NCBI GenBank assembly: GCA_020048915.1
Contig: JAIFLU010000027.1
Location: 7,614 to 71,613, forward strand
DNA: 64,000 nucleotides
Direction: 5' to 3'
From: Bacteroidota bacterium
GTDB lineage: Bacteria > Bacteroidota > Bacteroidia > Bacteroidales > JAAUTT01
Shown: in pieces, positions 56,154 to 64,000 of the stretch
Position numbering within the stretch: position 1 is the stretch's first letter
Layout: each line of letters starts with the position of its first letter
The notes under the pieces: model-generated
Database searches by the model: none
What the model saw: the letters and a program-made list of their open reading frames with translations, nothing else
Told to the model about the DNA's origin: nothing
Position numbers and translations under genes: made by a program

Positions 56154-58850
56154 ATGATTAAGGCATTCAGCTCCATAAAAGCCAAACTGGCAGCAATTAT
56201 TAGTATAATTATTGCCCTTTTTGCAGTTTCATATATCATGGTTTATAATAGCATGTATTACTCCCAGGATGCTATTAAACAGTCTGTTAACCTGAAATAT
56301 CTCCGACTGTATCCTGAAATGCTTCAAAGCCAGCTCAATACGTTACTGCAGAAAGAGATTTTAGAGACCGCTATTTATCAAACGGAGGTTAGTACTGCAT
56401 TAGATTCAATGATTCGTATAAGAAAAAACCATGTAAAGCTGCTTGATACAATATTTTACTCGCATTATCTCCGGAAAAAAGAGCTTCTTGGTCAGTCGAA
56501 AGGAATTAGAATTGAATTGGCTAAGTTTATTAATGGCAATGAATTGCTGTTTAAACAACTTTTGGAACGCGGGTCCTTAACAACTGGAAAAGCTGGAGAA
56601 TGGAACCGGCAAGGCGATTTTATTGAAAACTATTTTTCGGTATTAAAAAATCCTGTTTTATTAAAATCCTGGATAGATATTCGCAAGCACGAATTTAAAT
56701 ATTGCTTACTGCACGATCCAATTTCTTTTGAAGAATTGGCGAAAAGCGCTACTTTACTGAAATCGAATTTAGCTTCAAAGGCACCTGATCTTACAAGGTC
56801 AGTTTCGGAAGGCGATAGGTTAAGAAGCGATGCAGAGATTGGAAAATATTTGGAACTCGCCTTTTCAGTTCGTGGAAAAGATAAATCGATCGGTATTGGA
56901 ACCAATCAAGGAATAATTGGCAATCAATTATTCCAACTAGCCATTATCTCGGAAAAATGCAATTTACTTAGCCAAAACCTGGAGAAGCAATTAAATTCGT
57001 TTATTTTCAATCAGTTTTTATTACGAATATTTACATTATTATTTCTTACTGTAATTGTTTTATATTTCATATCAAGCTGTTACAGAAATATTCAACGTTC
57101 TATCTCTGGCATAATCAATTATCTTCTGGAATTAGTGCAGGGAAAGCTCCCTGAGCCTATAACCTTAGAATCCAAAGATGAGTTAAAAAGGATTTCAGAA
57201 TTAATTGGAGAGTTTGTTTTAAGTATTCGGGGGAAAGTTAAATTTGCCCAGCATCTTGGTAAAGGAACGAATAATCAGGAGCTAGTGCCTTTGAGTAAGG
57301 ATGATACATTAGCAAATGCTTTGTTGGAACTGCAAGTAAGTTTGAAGAAAGCTTCCGAAGAAGATGCCAAATATAAAATTGAAGAAAAGAAAAGGGCATG
57401 GTCTAATGAAGGATTGGCAAAATTTATTGAAATACTCCGGTATCAAACCACAAGTATTGATGAGTTATCCGATTTAATTATTAAAAACCTGGTAAAATAC
57501 CTGAATGCTAATCAAGGAGGTATTTTTGCTTATTTTGACGATATTCCGGAAGATCAACATCTTGAATTGGTTTCTGCTTTTGCGTTTGATCGTAAAAAAC
57601 ATCTGCAAAAGCGGGTGGAGATTGGCGAAGGCCTTGTGGGGACATGTGCTCAGGAAAAACTTACGATCTATATGACCGATATTCCTGCTGAATATATTTC
57701 AATAACTTCTGGACTTGGAGAAGCAACTCCCCGTAGCTTGCTTATTATCCCTTTAAAAACAGAAGATGCGATATATGGAATACTCGAGATTGCTTCCTTT
57801 AATATTTTGGAACCTCACGAAATTGAATTCGTGGAGAAATTAGCCGAAAGTATTGCATCAACATTTGCTTCGTTAAAAATTAACGTTCATACTTCAAAAC
57901 TGCTTGAACAATCGAAAAAACAAGCAGAAGAAATGGCACAGCAGGAAGAAGAAATGCGCCAAAACCTCGAAGAGCTACAGGCAACACAGGAAGAATCGGA
58001 CAGGCGTGAAGCTGAAATTTTAAGTATTGTCGGAGCTATCGATCTCTCCTCCGTGGTTATGGAATTAGATATGGATGGAAAAATAATTGAAATCAACAAA
58101 AAATATTGCTCCGTAATCAATTGTCATAAGGAAGATTTATTTGGAAAAAACCTTCGTGCAATTTGCTATTTCGATCCTCAAACGGATGATTACAATTACC
58201 TGATTTCGGAACTTCGTAATGGACGAAGTATGGTTCGTGAAGAAGAGGTTCATTTTAACAACAAACAATATTATTTTACACAGAATTACAGTCCTATTTT
58301 CGACAAAGACCGAAATCCTTATAAAATACTTTTAATTGCATCTAATAATTCAGATAAGATTCACCTAAGTGCTAATTTGTCAGAGCTGAACACTAAGCTT
58401 GTTTCGAGTGAAAACCAGTTAAGCAGCCTCAATGATGTGCTCGACAAGGCTCTTATGGTTGCCGAGCTAACTCCGGATGGAACCATCATAAATACAAACA
58501 AAAATTACCTGGAAGTTACTGGTTATCTTCAAAATGAAGTACTAGAAAAAAACGCCAGGTTTTTCCTGAAAGCGGAAGAACTGCGACAATTTGAATTAAT
58601 TTGGGCTGAAGTTGAAAAAGGAAAAGTTCATCAGGGCGTAGTGCGCAGAACCAAACCTACAGGAGAAGAATATTGGCTTATGTCAGCAGCTATTCCCGTA
58701 ACAGATAATAATGGACTGATTCTAAAAGTATATTTTATTGGCCAGGATATTACAGAAAAGAAATTGAAATATCAGGTTCTCGAAGAGGCGAATAAAGAAA
58801 TTGAGCGGCTAAAGAATCTGTATGAAAAAAATAACAAAGAACAAATATAA
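56154..58850 (+). CDS. Membrane sensor: TM, ~270-aa extracytoplasmic domain, TM, HAMP-like linker, GAF, Glu/Gln-rich coiled coil, 2 PAS; no recognisable output domain
   Basis: TM segments AAIISIIIALFAVSYIMVY and LLRIFTLLFLTVIVLYFISS. GAF (GEGLVGTCAQEKLTIYMTDIPAEYISITSGLGEATPRSLLIIPL). Coiled coil LLEQSKKQAEEMAQQEEEMRQNLEELQATQEE. PAS-like blocks (DGKIIEINKKYCSV..., DGTIINTNKNYLEVTGY...GEEYWL). Confidence 0.75.
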   Translation: MIKAFSSIKAKLAAIISIIIALFAVSYIMVYNSMYYSQDAIKQSVNLKYLRLYPEMLQSQLNTLLQKEILETAIYQTEVSTALDSMIRIRKNHVKLLDTIFYSHYLRKKELLGQSKGIRIELAKFINGNELLFKQLLERGSLTTGKAGEWNRQGDFIENYFSVLKNPVLLKSWIDIRKHEFKYCLLHDPISFEELAKSATLLKSNLASKAPDLTRSVSEGDRLRSDAEIGKYLELAFSVRGKDKSIGIGTNQGIIGNQLFQLAIISEKCNLLSQNLEKQLNSFIFNQFLLRIFTLLFLTVIVLYFISSCYRNIQRSISGIINYLLELVQGKLPEPITLESKDELKRISELIGEFVLSIRGKVKFAQHLGKGTNNQELVPLSKDDTLANALLELQVSLKKASEEDAKYKIEEKKRAWSNEGLAKFIEILRYQTTSIDELSDLIIKNLVKYLNANQGGIFAYFDDIPEDQHLELVSAFAFDRKKHLQKRVEIGEGLVGTCAQEKLTIYMTDIPAEYISITSGLGEATPRSLLIIPLKTEDAIYGILEIASFNILEPHEIEFVEKLAESIASTFASLKINVHTSKLLEQSKKQAEEMAQQEEEMRQNLEELQATQEESDRREAEILSIVGAIDLSSVVMELDMDGKIIEINKKYCSVINCHKEDLFGKNLRAICYFDPQTDDYNYLISELRNGRSMVREEEVHFNNKQYYFTQNYSPIFDKDRNPYKILLIASNNSDKIHLSANLSELNTKLVSSENQLSSLNDVLDKALMVAELTPDGTIINTNKNYLEVTGYLQNEVLEKNARFFLKAEELRQFELIWAEVEKGKVHQGVVRRTKPTGEEYWLMSAAIPVTDNNGLILKVYFIGQDITEKKLKYQVLEEANKEIERLKNLYEKNNKEQI

Positions 58851-58852
58851 AA

Positions 58853-59671
58853 ATGGCAGAGATCGGGATTGTTGATACAAGGAATATCATCAAACTGATT
58901 CAGGAAAAATACGCCTGCGATTTTTCCGACTATGCGTTAACATCATTCAAACGCAGGTTGGAGAATATATTGCTTGTCCGAAACCTGAAGCATCCTGAAA
59001 TTCTAATGAGTAAAATAAAAGAGGATAGGAATTTTTACGATAAATTTCTCGATGAAATTGCCGTTCCATCATCTGAAATGTTTAGGGACCCTTCCTTATG
59101 GCGATTATTACGCGATGAAACAATCCCAAAGCTTTATCAAGAAACCCCCAATTTTAAAATTTGGTTGCCTGGCGTAGTTTCGGGTGATGAGCTTTTTTCT
59201 TTGTGCATTACTCTAAAGGAACTTAATTTGTTGGACAAAATACACGTTCATGTTAGCAGTTTGAGCAATTTTAGTTTGGAGTCGATTAAAAAAGGATATT
59301 TAAAAGCATCGAAAGTTGAAGTAAGTGAAGAAAATTATGTAAGGGCAAATGGTAAAGAGAATTTTACCAAATATTATAAGGAGGTAGGCGGTAATTTTTT
59401 ACGCGATACCAGTTTACTGGACAATGTGACTTTTGAACTTCAAAATATTGAAATGGATAATGCTCCTTCCGGAGTGAGGCTTATTATCTACCGAAACAAA
59501 ATGGTTTATTTTAACCCAACATTGCAACTAAAAATATTAAAAGTTTTTAATAGCAGTTTACAACCAAATGGGTATTTAATTATTGGGGTGAAAGAATTTT
59601 TAGGAAATTTATATAATGTTAACGACTTTTCCCTTGTTAATCCAAGCGAAAGTATTTATAAAAAGAAATAA
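58853..59671 (+). CDS. cheR: Divergent CheR-type methyltransferase (copy 2)
   Basis: SDYALTSFKRRLENIL, SEMFRDPSLW, FKIWLPGVVSGDELFSLCITL and RLIIYRNKMVYFN. Same architecture as copy 1, with an altered glycine-rich motif. Confidence 0.7.
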   Translation: MAEIGIVDTRNIIKLIQEKYACDFSDYALTSFKRRLENILLVRNLKHPEILMSKIKEDRNFYDKFLDEIAVPSSEMFRDPSLWRLLRDETIPKLYQETPNFKIWLPGVVSGDELFSLCITLKELNLLDKIHVHVSSLSNFSLESIKKGYLKASKVEVSEENYVRANGKENFTKYYKEVGGNFLRDTSLLDNVTFELQNIEMDNAPSGVRLIIYRNKMVYFNPTLQLKILKVFNSSLQPNGYLIIGVKEFLGNLYNVNDFSLVNPSESIYKKK

Positions 59672-59673
59672 GA

Positions 59674-60231
59674 ATGTACAAGGCAATAGTGATAGGTGGT
59701 TCAGCAGGAAGTTTCCAGGTCGTTACCCGGATACTTAGCAGCTTTTCACCAAACTTCAACATGCCTGTCTTTCTTAGCTTACATAGGTTAAAACATGTAA
59801 GGTCTGGTTTTCTTGAAGCATTAACAATGAAATCGAAAATACCCATTATTGAACCAAACGACAAGGAACAAATAAAACCAGGGAAAGCATATCTTGCCCC
59901 GGCAAATTATCATATGTATATTGAACTCGGAAACCGAATTGCTCTTTCGACTGAAGAACCTGTTCATCATTCACGGCCTTCTATCGATTTGTCATTTATA
60001 ACGGCTTCGAATGTATATCGCGAAAAATTAATCGGCATTATTCTTTCGGGAGCAAATCATGATGGGGCTTATGGTCTGAAAAAAGTGCAAGAAAATGGAG
60101 GATTGACTATCGTTCAGAATCCCAAAGATTGCCAGGTTACTACTATGACTGAAGCTGCCATTAGCCTTGCAAAAATTGATCATGTTTTTTCTATCGACCA
60201 AATGGCCGATTTTATTTCAAAACTTAAATAA
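59674..60231 (+). CDS. cheB: Stand-alone CheB-type methylesterase catalytic domain (no receiver domain)
   Basis: AIVIGGSAGSFQVV (Ser region), HHSRPSIDLSF and ILSGANHDGAYGLKKVQENGGLTIVQNP (Asp region). 185 aa. Confidence 0.75.
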   Translation: MYKAIVIGGSAGSFQVVTRILSSFSPNFNMPVFLSLHRLKHVRSGFLEALTMKSKIPIIEPNDKEQIKPGKAYLAPANYHMYIELGNRIALSTEEPVHHSRPSIDLSFITASNVYREKLIGIILSGANHDGAYGLKKVQENGGLTIVQNPKDCQVTTMTEAAISLAKIDHVFSIDQMADFISKLK

Positions 60232-60237
60232 AAAATT

Positions 60238-60999
60238 ATGCAATGGTTTAAAAATAAGATACTAGTTTATTCAATTATATACTTTTTTTATCTGGTATTT
60301 GTTTTCGTTGCTTTCGGAATGTGGTATAATCAAATTCTGGCAAACTCCTTGCAAGGTAACTGGCAAGTTGCTTTCCCGTTTATAATATCGGTGGTTCTGT
60401 CTTCTTTTTTATATTTGAGTCTAGTTCGTTCTGCTGCTTCAACTATTCAAATTGAAAAGGAGGATAAGGCATCTATTGTTTCTGAAGTAAATGAACTTGA
60501 AGATGTATACGAAGATAAATCCTTTGAAGAATTTAATAAAGAACAATTTATTGCTGCAATTATTCCTGGCGAAAGCACAGCATTGGTTGAGTATTGCGAA
60601 GGGTTATTAAAAAACCTTGCTACACAGCTCGAAATTGTACAAGGCATATTTTATTTGAAAGCGAAAGAAGAAAATACATACGATGCTGTGGCTAGTTACG
60701 CTTATTATAAAAATCAAACTCCGCCGGGTTTCGTTATAGGTGAGTCGCTAAACGGACAGGCACTTAAGGACAAACGAATTCTTATTGTTCAAAATATTCC
60801 GGAAGACTACATTTCCGTTGTATCGGGGTTAGGCAAAAGTAATCCAAAGTGTATTGTAATGCTTCCAATTGTATACAATAATGCCCCTGTTGGGCTAATT
60901 GAATTTGCGAGTTTTAAAGCTTTGGATTCAGTTTATGAATCTGCATTTAAGGAATTAAGTGGTGTAATTGGCGAAAATATTACTAAATTAACGAAATAA
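60238..60999 (+). CDS. Small membrane-anchored GAF-domain protein
   Basis: Two TM segments, an acidic linker, then a GAF domain (GESLNGQALKDKRILIVQNIPEDYISVVSGLGKSNPKCIVMLPI...GLIEFASF). Confidence 0.7.
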   Translation: MQWFKNKILVYSIIYFFYLVFVFVAFGMWYNQILANSLQGNWQVAFPFIISVVLSSFLYLSLVRSAASTIQIEKEDKASIVSEVNELEDVYEDKSFEEFNKEQFIAAIIPGESTALVEYCEGLLKNLATQLEIVQGIFYLKAKEENTYDAVASYAYYKNQTPPGFVIGESLNGQALKDKRILIVQNIPEDYISVVSGLGKSNPKCIVMLPIVYNNAPVGLIEFASFKALDSVYESAFKELSGVIGENITKLTK

Positions 61000-61001
61000 A
61001 T

Positions 61002-63614
61002 ATGCCGGTAAAAGTGTCCGACTTGCTTCAAAAATCTAAAACGCAGATAATTCTGGCTGGTATCATTTTAAGTGGTACTATACCTGTAATTGCCTGGATT
61101 TTAGAATTTCTCTCCAGTAATGTTGCTTTTGGTCTAACAGGATTAGGAATCATTCATCTGCAAAGTCCTTCATTATTTCTTATCGACCTGGTCCCATTTG
61201 CAGTTGGCTTATTTATATATTATTTTATTAGTTGGAACGAAAACGTCAGCCAAAAGAACAAAGAAAGTATTCAGGAACGCGACCATATTATTGCTCGCAA
61301 TGCTGAATTTGCTAAACATATTGGAGCTGGCGATTATACTACTCCTTTTGAAGTAGCTGATGAAGACGCTCTTGGAAAGTCGCTATTACTTATGCGTGAC
61401 AACTTATTACTCAATACGCGTAAGGAATCGGAGCAAAGTTGGATTGCAGCTGGGAAGGAACAAATTTCGACTATCCTTCGAAACTATAATAAAATAGACA
61501 AATTATCTTACGAGGTTATTGTTAGCCTTATCAAGTATTCAAATGCTGTGCAAGGCGCGCTTTATTTGTACAACGAAGAAAAGGAAGTTCTATCGAATGT
61601 TGCAACCTATGCATTTAACCGGAAAAAATATATATCTCAGGAATTTAATATTGGGCAAGGATTAATTGGTCAATGTGCCTACGAAATGGATATTATTTAT
61701 CGTACGGAGGTTCCTGACGATTATGTTACGATTACTTCTGGTATTATTGGCGACAAAAAACCTAAAAGTATTTTAATTCTTCCGCTTATTTCTGACGAAA
61801 AATTATTGGGGGTTATGGAATTTGCCTTTTTATTGGAGGAAATTCCTGAAATAACCATCCAGTTTCTTAAAGAACTTGGCGAAATTATTGCACGTACCAT
61901 CTTTAATTTACTCATAAACCAAAAGACTGAAAAGCTTCTTGAGGAATCCCGGCAAATGACCCAGGAACTTCAGGAAAACGAAGAGCAGCTTCGGCAAAGC
62001 GCTGAAGAAATGCGGGCTACCCAGGAAGAACTGCAACGATCGAATGAAAAACTTGGTACTCAAATACACGAAGTTGAAAATGCTCAAAAGCGGCTACATT
62101 CTTTGCTGGAGAATGCTTCTGAGATTATTTATATTTACGACGAAAACATTGAACTTAAATACATTTCACCTTCGGTAATAAGCATATTAGGATTTGCTCC
62201 TGAAGAAATGATGAAAGGGAAGGATTTGGACCGCCTTACTCGTAAGGGAGAATCCGAAATGAAGAATATGTTTAATCAACTTATTCAAAATCCTGAAGAA
62301 TCCTTTACTATTCAATATACTTACATGAAAAAGGATGGTCAGAAGGTATTTCTCGAAACTACCGGGAGAAACTTGTTGAACGACCAGGCTATTCATGGAA
62401 TTATATTGAACACTCAGGATATTACAGAGCGTAAGCGTGCTGAAAAAGAGGAGCGCATGAAAAGTAAAATGCAAGCTCTTTCTGAAAATTCGCTCGACTT
62501 AATTATGCGGCTAAGTACTCATGGAATGTTTTTTTATTCGAATCCAATTGTTGAAGACTATATTGGTATAAAAAATACGGAATTACTCAACAAAAGCATC
62601 AATGATATTGTAATTCCCGATTCTTTGAAAGAATATTTCACCGGAATTTTGGTTGAAATTAAAAAAGCTCCGAGTAAAAAGAATAGTACTATTACAATAC
62701 CAATGCATCTTGGAGAAAAGGTGACAGAGCGAATTATCAGTTTTGATGCTATTCCTGAATTCAACGAGAACGAGTTAGAAACTGTACTTTTTGTAGGGCA
62801 CGATATTACCGAAGCTAAACGCATTGAGTTAGAAATCCAGGATAAAAATCGTAAGATTGAAGATAGTATAAATTACGCACAGCGCATTCAATCTGCTATT
62901 CTCCCCGATACCCGGTATATTCGCGAATATCTCCCCGAATCATTTATTCTCTATAAACCACGTGATGTGGTTAGTGGAGATTTTCCGTGGTTTTTCCGCC
63001 GTGACGATGTGCTGTATATTGCTGCAGTCGATTGTACGGGGCATGGTGTTCCAGGTGCATTGCTCTCGTTTATAGGCTATTTTATTTTGAATAACATAGT
63101 TGACCACGATAGAGACTATACCGCTTCCGAAGTATGCGACCTGCTGCATAATGGTGTTAGGACCACGCTTAAGCAAAACCGCGACGATGCTCAAGGACGC
63201 GATGGTATGGATATAGCCATTTGCAGAATCAATCTGAAGAAAAAGGAGCTTATGTATTGTGGAGCGCATAGGCCATTATATTTCTTACGGGGCGTTGAGC
63301 TTACCGAATATAAAGGAGATAGAAAAGCAATCGGAGGTATTCCTTTGGGAAATAAGCCGGAAAATAATTTTACAAATTATGTTATTCCTTTTGAAAAGGG
63401 CGATAAGGTATTTTTCTTTTCGGATGGATTGCCTGATCAATTAGGAGGCCCGAACGATAAAAAGTATTCTCCGGGTCGTATCCGTGAACAAATTGTAAAT
63501 AACAGTTCATTTTCGATGCAGGAATATTACGAGCAGTTCGATAAAGAATATTGGGAATGGAAAGGGAATAATAAACAAATTGATGATGTACTTTTAATTG
63601 GTATTGAATTTTAA
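61002..63614 (+). CDS. Membrane sensor phosphatase: TMs, HAMP-like linker, GAF, coiled coil, 2 PAS, PP2C/SpoIIE Ser/Thr phosphatase (SiaA-like)
   Basis: GAF (GQGLIGQCAYEMDIIYRTEVPDDYVTITSGIIGDKKPKSILILPL). Coiled coil LLEESRQMTQELQENEEQLRQSAEEMRATQEEL. PP2C motifs YAQRIQSAILPD, SGDFPWF, AAVDCTGHGVPGALLS, DGMDIAI and FFFSDGLPDQLGG. Confidence 0.8.
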   Translation: MPVKVSDLLQKSKTQIILAGIILSGTIPVIAWILEFLSSNVAFGLTGLGIIHLQSPSLFLIDLVPFAVGLFIYYFISWNENVSQKNKESIQERDHIIARNAEFAKHIGAGDYTTPFEVADEDALGKSLLLMRDNLLLNTRKESEQSWIAAGKEQISTILRNYNKIDKLSYEVIVSLIKYSNAVQGALYLYNEEKEVLSNVATYAFNRKKYISQEFNIGQGLIGQCAYEMDIIYRTEVPDDYVTITSGIIGDKKPKSILILPLISDEKLLGVMEFAFLLEEIPEITIQFLKELGEIIARTIFNLLINQKTEKLLEESRQMTQELQENEEQLRQSAEEMRATQEELQRSNEKLGTQIHEVENAQKRLHSLLENASEIIYIYDENIELKYISPSVISILGFAPEEMMKGKDLDRLTRKGESEMKNMFNQLIQNPEESFTIQYTYMKKDGQKVFLETTGRNLLNDQAIHGIILNTQDITERKRAEKEERMKSKMQALSENSLDLIMRLSTHGMFFYSNPIVEDYIGIKNTELLNKSINDIVIPDSLKEYFTGILVEIKKAPSKKNSTITIPMHLGEKVTERIISFDAIPEFNENELETVLFVGHDITEAKRIELEIQDKNRKIEDSINYAQRIQSAILPDTRYIREYLPESFILYKPRDVVSGDFPWFFRRDDVLYIAAVDCTGHGVPGALLSFIGYFILNNIVDHDRDYTASEVCDLLHNGVRTTLKQNRDDAQGRDGMDIAICRINLKKKELMYCGAHRPLYFLRGVELTEYKGDRKAIGGIPLGNKPENNFTNYVIPFEKGDKVFFFSDGLPDQLGGPNDKKYSPGRIREQIVNNSSFSMQEYYEQFDKEYWEWKGNNKQIDDVLLIGIEF

Positions 63615-63637
63615 AAGCAAACCTAAACTATAATAAT

Positions 63638-64000
63638 ATGAATACAGGAGAAAAACGGGACAATGTCAGCTTCCTCGAGTTTGTTTACGATTTTTACAAA
63701 TCGATGAAAAGGCACGAAATAAGCTTAGTTTATGAAGGGGAAATAACCCATCAGATTACAAAGGCTTTTACGTCACTAACCGAATCGAACATGGCTAAAG
63801 AAGAAGAATCAAATATGGTTCAGAAAAAGGTCTTCCATGTTATGGTTGAATGCCTTCAAAACATTAGCAAGCATGCTGATGATTATGGCACAAACGATTA
63901 TATTTTTTCGGGAAGAGGTATATTCTTAGTTGCTAAAGGCAAAGATGAATATTCTGTAACTACAGGTAATACTGTAGAAAATACTAAAATAGCCGAATTA
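63638..64000 (+). CDS. SiaB-like HATPase-fold protein kinase, N-terminal 121 codons (continues beyond the window)
   Basis: Hand translation gives MNTGEKRDNVSFLEFVYDFYKSMKRHEISLVYEGEITHQITKAFTSLTE...KKVFHVMVECLQNISKHAD. The pattern resembles SiaB-type kinases that partner with PP2C phosphatases. Not in the ORF track because it is truncated. Confidence 0.55.
   Translation, partial: MNTGEKRDNVSFLEFVYDFYKSMKRHEISLVYEGEITHQITKAFTSLTESNMAKEEESNMVQKKVFHVMVECLQNISKHADDYGTNDYIFSGRGIFLVAKGKDEYSVTTGNTVENTKIAEL

Noticed and set aside
55136-64000. Canonical chemotaxis operon
   Set aside because: Only CheR and CheB homologs are present. There is no CheA, CheW, CheY or MCP signalling domain, and CheB lacks its receiver domain.
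1-64000. tRNA, rRNA, CRISPR arrays, integrases or transposases
   Set aside because: I did not recognise any in either strand. The intergenic regions are short or AT-rich and show no cloverleaf-like GC-rich stems.

Overview
This is a Bacteroidota-type chromosomal segment. The evidence is SusC/SusD pairs, an ECF sigma/FecR pair, a T9SS C-terminal sorting domain and lipoprotein signal peptides. No rRNA, tRNA or CRISPR array was seen. Layout: (1) 1-1770, the 5' part of a SusC-like receptor running off the window on the minus strand. (2) 2.5-13.5 kb: a 1430-aa T9SS-secreted protein with four tandem ~180-aa carbohydrate-binding-like repeats, a GT2, a GH88/GH105-type hydrolase and two unassigned secreted proteins. 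(3) 13.7-43.0 kb: one long co-directional polysaccharide utilization locus. It runs ECF sigma, FecR, STN-SusC, SusD, lipoprotein, then about 13 secreted enzymes: two GH28, GH42, a GH42-like protein, a GH10-like protein, GH29, a double FAD oxidoreductase, a beta-helix protein, a lyase-like protein and several unassigned proteins. Two short intergenic repeat families are scattered through it. (4) 43.6-47.8 kb: methylmalonyl-CoA mutase mutA/mutB, with a metallothionein-like Cys-rich insert in MutA. (5) 47.9-49.9 kb: a very AT-rich spacer followed by an orphan PqqD-like (RRE) plus lasso-B2-like protease pair and an AlbA_2 protein. (6) 50-54.6 kb: a secreted hypothetical protein, a MITE-like element, GH1, and a biotin carrier plus 5S carboxyltransferase. 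(7) 55.1-64.0 kb is the most unusual part: an operon mixing two CheR-like methyltransferases and a stand-alone CheB-like methylesterase with GAF/PAS membrane sensors, a PP2C phosphatase and a SiaB-like kinase, with no MCP, CheA, CheW or CheY. Both large sensors carry the classical Glx-Glx-x-x-Ala-Thr methylation consensus in a conserved coiled coil. All family calls come from motif recognition by eye; no searches were run.
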